Shown: one piece after another, positions 61,639-64,000 of the stretch
Position numbering within the stretch: position 1 is the first letter of the stretch
Layout of the letters: each line of letters starts with the position of its first letter
Notes under the pieces: model-generated
Database searches by the model: none
Told to the model about the DNA's origin: nothing
The model's input: only the letters and a program-made list of their open reading frames with translations
Position numbers and translations under genes: made by a program
Source: an uncultured Rikenellaceae bacterium
GTDB taxonomy: Bacteria; Bacteroidota; Bacteroidia; Bacteroidales; VadinHA17
Length of the DNA: 64,000 nucleotides
Assembly (NCBI GenBank): GCA_964383915.1
Contig: CAYLJE010000002.1
Coordinates: 1,035 to 65,034 of the forward strand
Direction: 5' to 3'

Positions 61639-61655
61639 GTCCCTTGCGGGACTAA
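61639..61655 (-). repeat. REP-like palindromic unit, copy 1 (inverted relative to copies 2 and 3)
   Basis: The reverse complement reads TTAGTCCCGCAAGGGAC. Confidence 0.45.
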
Positions 61656-61763
61656 AAATCTTTTCCTAATTGTAATAAATAGCCTTCTGCCTTATCCCAT
61701 TCTTTTGATAACCAAAAGAATGTAATCACATATATTCATTACAGCTTGTTCAATGGCAAATCA

Positions 61764-61779
61764 TTAGTCCCGCAGGGAC
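61764..61779 (+). repeat. REP-like palindromic unit, copy 2
   Basis: TTAGTCCCGCAGGGAC. Confidence 0.45.
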
Positions 61780-61834
61780 TTATTGATATTTGACAGCCAC
61801 CCTGGTGGCTGGAAACATTCTTGCATCAAATAAA

Positions 61835-61850
61835 TTACAGCCCGCAGGGA
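61835..61850 (+). repeat. REP-like palindromic unit, copy 3 (degenerate)
   Basis: TTACAGCCCGCAGGGA shares the TTA..CCCGCAGGGA core with copy 2. Confidence 0.35.
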
Positions 61851-61910
61851 TAGAATGGTTTAAAACAAATGCATTACTTGTAAATATGATAATAATCTGT
61901 GATCCATATT

Positions 61911-62090
61911 TCATAACAGCGCCAGATTGTCTTGTGAAATAAATGTACCAGATACCTGTGAACCATCCCGCATTGTTATTACCAGTGTAATTCCCTTTGC
62001 ATAAGTTACTTGTTGTGCCATGCAGGATTCTATACTGACCTGCATAATAAATCCCGTAAGCAAAACAAAAACAAACATTATTTTTTTCAT
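61911..62090 (-). CDS. small hypothetical exported protein (59 aa, below the ORF-track cutoff)
   Basis: Hand translation gives MKKIMFVFVLLTGFIMQVSIESCMAQQVTYAKGITLVITMRDGSQVSGTFISQDNLALL*. It has a signal-peptide-like N-terminus. Its last four sense codons lie in the right arm of the inverted repeat and its TGA stop follows immediately. Confidence 0.35.
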   Translation of the reverse strand: MKKIMFVFVLLTGFIMQVSIESCMAQQVTYAKGITLVITMRDGSQVSGTFISQDNLALL

Positions 62091-62224
62091 GGTTTCTGTT
62101 TTTTTTAAAAAATATTATTTAATTTATACATAAACTTATTTATGTAAGTTACATGAAACCATTGTAAAAGAGAATTTTTTCCGTTTACAAATTACACAAC
62201 CATGAGTAAATCCTGTTGGGAAAA

Positions 62225-62566
62225 TCAGATGCAGCTCTTTAAAGTTGTCTCCCCTGTACCCAATATATTTTCTAAATGGAGTAATTTAATCAATTCGGTT
62301 ACTTCGGGCAATACGTGAATCAGTTCGAAATCAAACCGGCATAATTCTGCCTTTCTGGCAGTCTCTACAAGGAAATCAAAACCGGTACTGTCAATAAAAT
62401 GAATTCCTTCAAGGTCGAGCGTGATTTTCATTTCTCCTTTTTCCGGGATATTGTTCAGCTCTGTTCTCATTTCCCTTGCCACCATTAAATTGAGGCGGTT
62501 AATACCCGGCAATGAAAATAATAAATGACCTTCACCGATAAAATCTTTTTTTACCATAGCAAACAT
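62225..62566 (-). CDS. STAS domain protein (anti-sigma factor antagonist-like)
   Basis: 113 aa. Conserved phosphorylatable-site context IHFIDSTGFDFL. Confidence 0.8.
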   Translation of the reverse strand: MFAMVKKDFIGEGHLLFSLPGINRLNLMVAREMRTELNNIPEKGEMKITLDLEGIHFIDSTGFDFLVETARKAELCRFDFELIHVLPEVTELIKLLHLENILGTGETTLKSCI

Positions 62567-62649
62567 TCATTTTTAAAAGCAACGAAAATACAGATTGATT
62601 TTTTTAAGAAAAGCTAAAAAACGGGGTATTTATTAACAATTGGATTAAA

Positions 62650-64000
62650 TTATTCACTAAAACGCAGCTTTAGTTCATCCAATTGTTTTTTAGAGATAGT
62701 ATTTGGGGCATCAGCCATCATGTCGCGACCTGCATTGTTTTTGGGGAAAGCGATAAAGTCACGGATAGATTCGCTTCCGCCGAATATGGCCGCTAAACGG
62801 TCAAGACCGAAAGCAATTCCGCCGTGTGGCGGGGCTCCGTATCGTAAAGCTTCCATCAGGAAACCAAACTGACGATTGGCTTCTTCAGGAGAAAAGCCTA
62901 AAAGTTCCAGCATTCTCCTTTGTAATTTCGTATCATGAATACGGATAGATCCTCCTCCGATTTCCACACCGTTAATGACCAGATCATAAGCATTGGCTCT
63001 GACTTCTCCGGGTTGATTGTCCAGTAATGAAACATCCTCCGGTAAAGGAGAAGTAAAAGGATGATGTTTGGCTGTGTATCTTTTTTCTTCTTCATTCCAC
63101 TCCAGCAAAGGGAAATCAACAACCCATAGGGGGTTAAAAGTATCTTTTTTACGTAGTCCCAGACGAGAACCTAATTCCAGACGTAACTCAGATAATGCAA
63201 ACAAGGTGCGTTTTTTTTCTCCTGATAAGACAAGCAATAAATCCCCGGTCTTGGTCCCTGCCTGCTTTCCCCATGAAGTCAATTCATCTGCTGAGAAGAA
63301 CTTATCCACAGAGGATTTAATGGTTCCGTCTTTTAAAAATTTTACATAAACCAACCCTCCGGCACCTATCTGTGGCCGTTTGACAAATGCTGTCAACTGA
63401 TCTAATTGTTTTCTGGAATAGTCAGCACTCTCCGCGGCACAGATCCCGCCGATATATTCTGTTTGGTCAAAAACCCGGAACCCTTTTCCTTTTGCCAGAG
63501 AAGTAAAATCACTGATCTCCATACCGAAACGTATATCCGGCTTATCCGTCCCATATTTTGCTATGGCCTCACTGAATTTCATTCTTGGAAAATTTCTTTC
63601 ATAATGATAAGACAGTATTTTTTCAAACAGGTGTTTTATAAGCCCTTCAAATATATCCAGTATATCGTCTCTTTCTATAAAAGACAATTCGCAGTCAATC
63701 TGTGTAAACTCCGGTTGACGGTCTGCCCGCAGGTCTTCATCCCTGAAACATTTTACCAGTTGATAGTATTTGTCATATCCCGCTATCATCAATAACTGTT
63801 TGAATATTTGCGGGGATTGTGGCAATGCGTAAAACTGATGTTTGTGCATGCGGGAAGGGACCACAAAGTCCCGGGCTCCTTCCGGGGTTGATTTAATCAA
63901 TATAGGGGTTTCGATTTCCAGAAAGTCTTTGTTATCAAGATAATTGCGTGTTTCCCGCGCAATGTTGTGGCGCAGGATTAAATTTTTTTTCAATGGGTCC
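62650..64000 (-). CDS. aspS: aspartate--tRNA ligase (5'-partial, runs off window end)
   Basis: Class II aaRS motifs ([44 protein letters not shown]) and the bacterial insertion domain. The N-terminal anticodon-binding domain lies beyond position 64000. Confidence 0.95.
   Translation of the reverse strand, partial: DPLKKNLILRHNIARETRNYLDNKDFLEIETPILIKSTPEGARDFVVPSRMHKHQFYALPQSPQIFKQLLMIAGYDKYYQLVKCFRDEDLRADRQPEFTQIDCELSFIERDDILDIFEGLIKHLFEKILSYHYERNFPRMKFSEAIAKYGTDKPDIRFGMEISDFTSLAKGKGFRVFDQTEYIGGICAAESADYSRKQLDQLTAFVKRPQIGAGGLVYVKFLKDGTIKSSVDKFFSADELTSWGKQAGTKTGDLLLVLSGEKKRTLFALSELRLELGSRLGLRKKDTFNPLWVVDFPLLEWNEEEKRYTAKHHPFTSPLPEDVSLLDNQPGEVRANAYDLVINGVEIGGGSIRIHDTKLQRRMLELLGFSPEEANRQFGFLMEALRYGAPPHGGIAFGLDRLAAIFGGSESIRDFIAFPKNNAGRDMMADAPNTISKKQLDELKLRFSE

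Larger units (their letters stand above)
61504..61925. repeat. 422-bp hairpin-dense segment bounded by an inverted repeat (MITE-like element, invertible segment or structured RNA; unresolved)
   Basis: Perfect 11-bp IR CTGGCGCTGTT (61504-61514) / AACAGCGCCAG (61915-61925), with imperfect inward extension (TTATGAA..ATATG on both arms). Internal stem-loops lie at 61601-61626, 61639-61652, 61700-61720, 61766-61780, 61795-61810 and 61841-61849. Confidence 0.5.

Noticed and set aside
61600-61860. Possibility that the repeated GTCCC..GGGAC hairpins are a CRISPR array
   Set aside because: There are only three copies, with irregular spacing (about 110 and 55 nt between units), and one copy is inverted. 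No cas genes are in the window.

Overview
This window looks like chromosomal core DNA from a member of the Bacteroidota. The evidence is a SprA-type T9SS translocon, an LpxC-FabZ fusion, a long-form PurF, a glycine-lipid-type acyltransferase pair, and no Shine-Dalgarno-like spacing. That taxonomic call is inference from gene content only. Nearly all coding capacity is recognisable housekeeping. In order, the window contains: a complete trpEGDCFBA operon on the minus strand (trpA runs off the window start and is missing from the ORF track); tig-clpP-clpX; tRNA-Leu; lptB-tatC; recQ; dxr-rseP; tatA; pepA-pdxA-ruvA-sprA-gcvH; rimP-nusA-infB; HD-lpxD-lpxC/fabZ-lpxA; thiL; a suf operon (sufB'-sufB-sufC-sufD-sufS-sufE-sufT-like); a lipid acyltransferase pair; purF; a SPOR/USP/LEA-like group; yebC; a STAS gene; and aspS, which runs off the window end. 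I do not see a convincing multi-gene novel system. There are no defence-type nuclease/ATPase clusters, no CRISPR array, and no secretion or toxin cassettes. Five places are not explained by ordinary annotation: (1) a 1-kb ORF-poor gap at 61.2-62.2 kb, holding a 422-bp segment bounded by inverted repeats and packed with hairpins, including three copies of one palindromic unit; (2) a small accessory patch next to the 3' end of a tRNA-Met (16.7-18.6 kb), with an XRE regulator, a startless gene remnant, visibly GC-rich DNA, a RAYT/IS200-like Y1 transposase and an AbrB-like gene; (3) a tandem pair of diverged sufB paralogs; (4) a ribosome-mediated trp leader-peptide attenuator upstream of trpE; (5) a terminator-like hairpin in the rimP-nusA-infB leader. 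All coordinates and pairings were derived by hand from the sequence. No similarity searches or folding computations were run.
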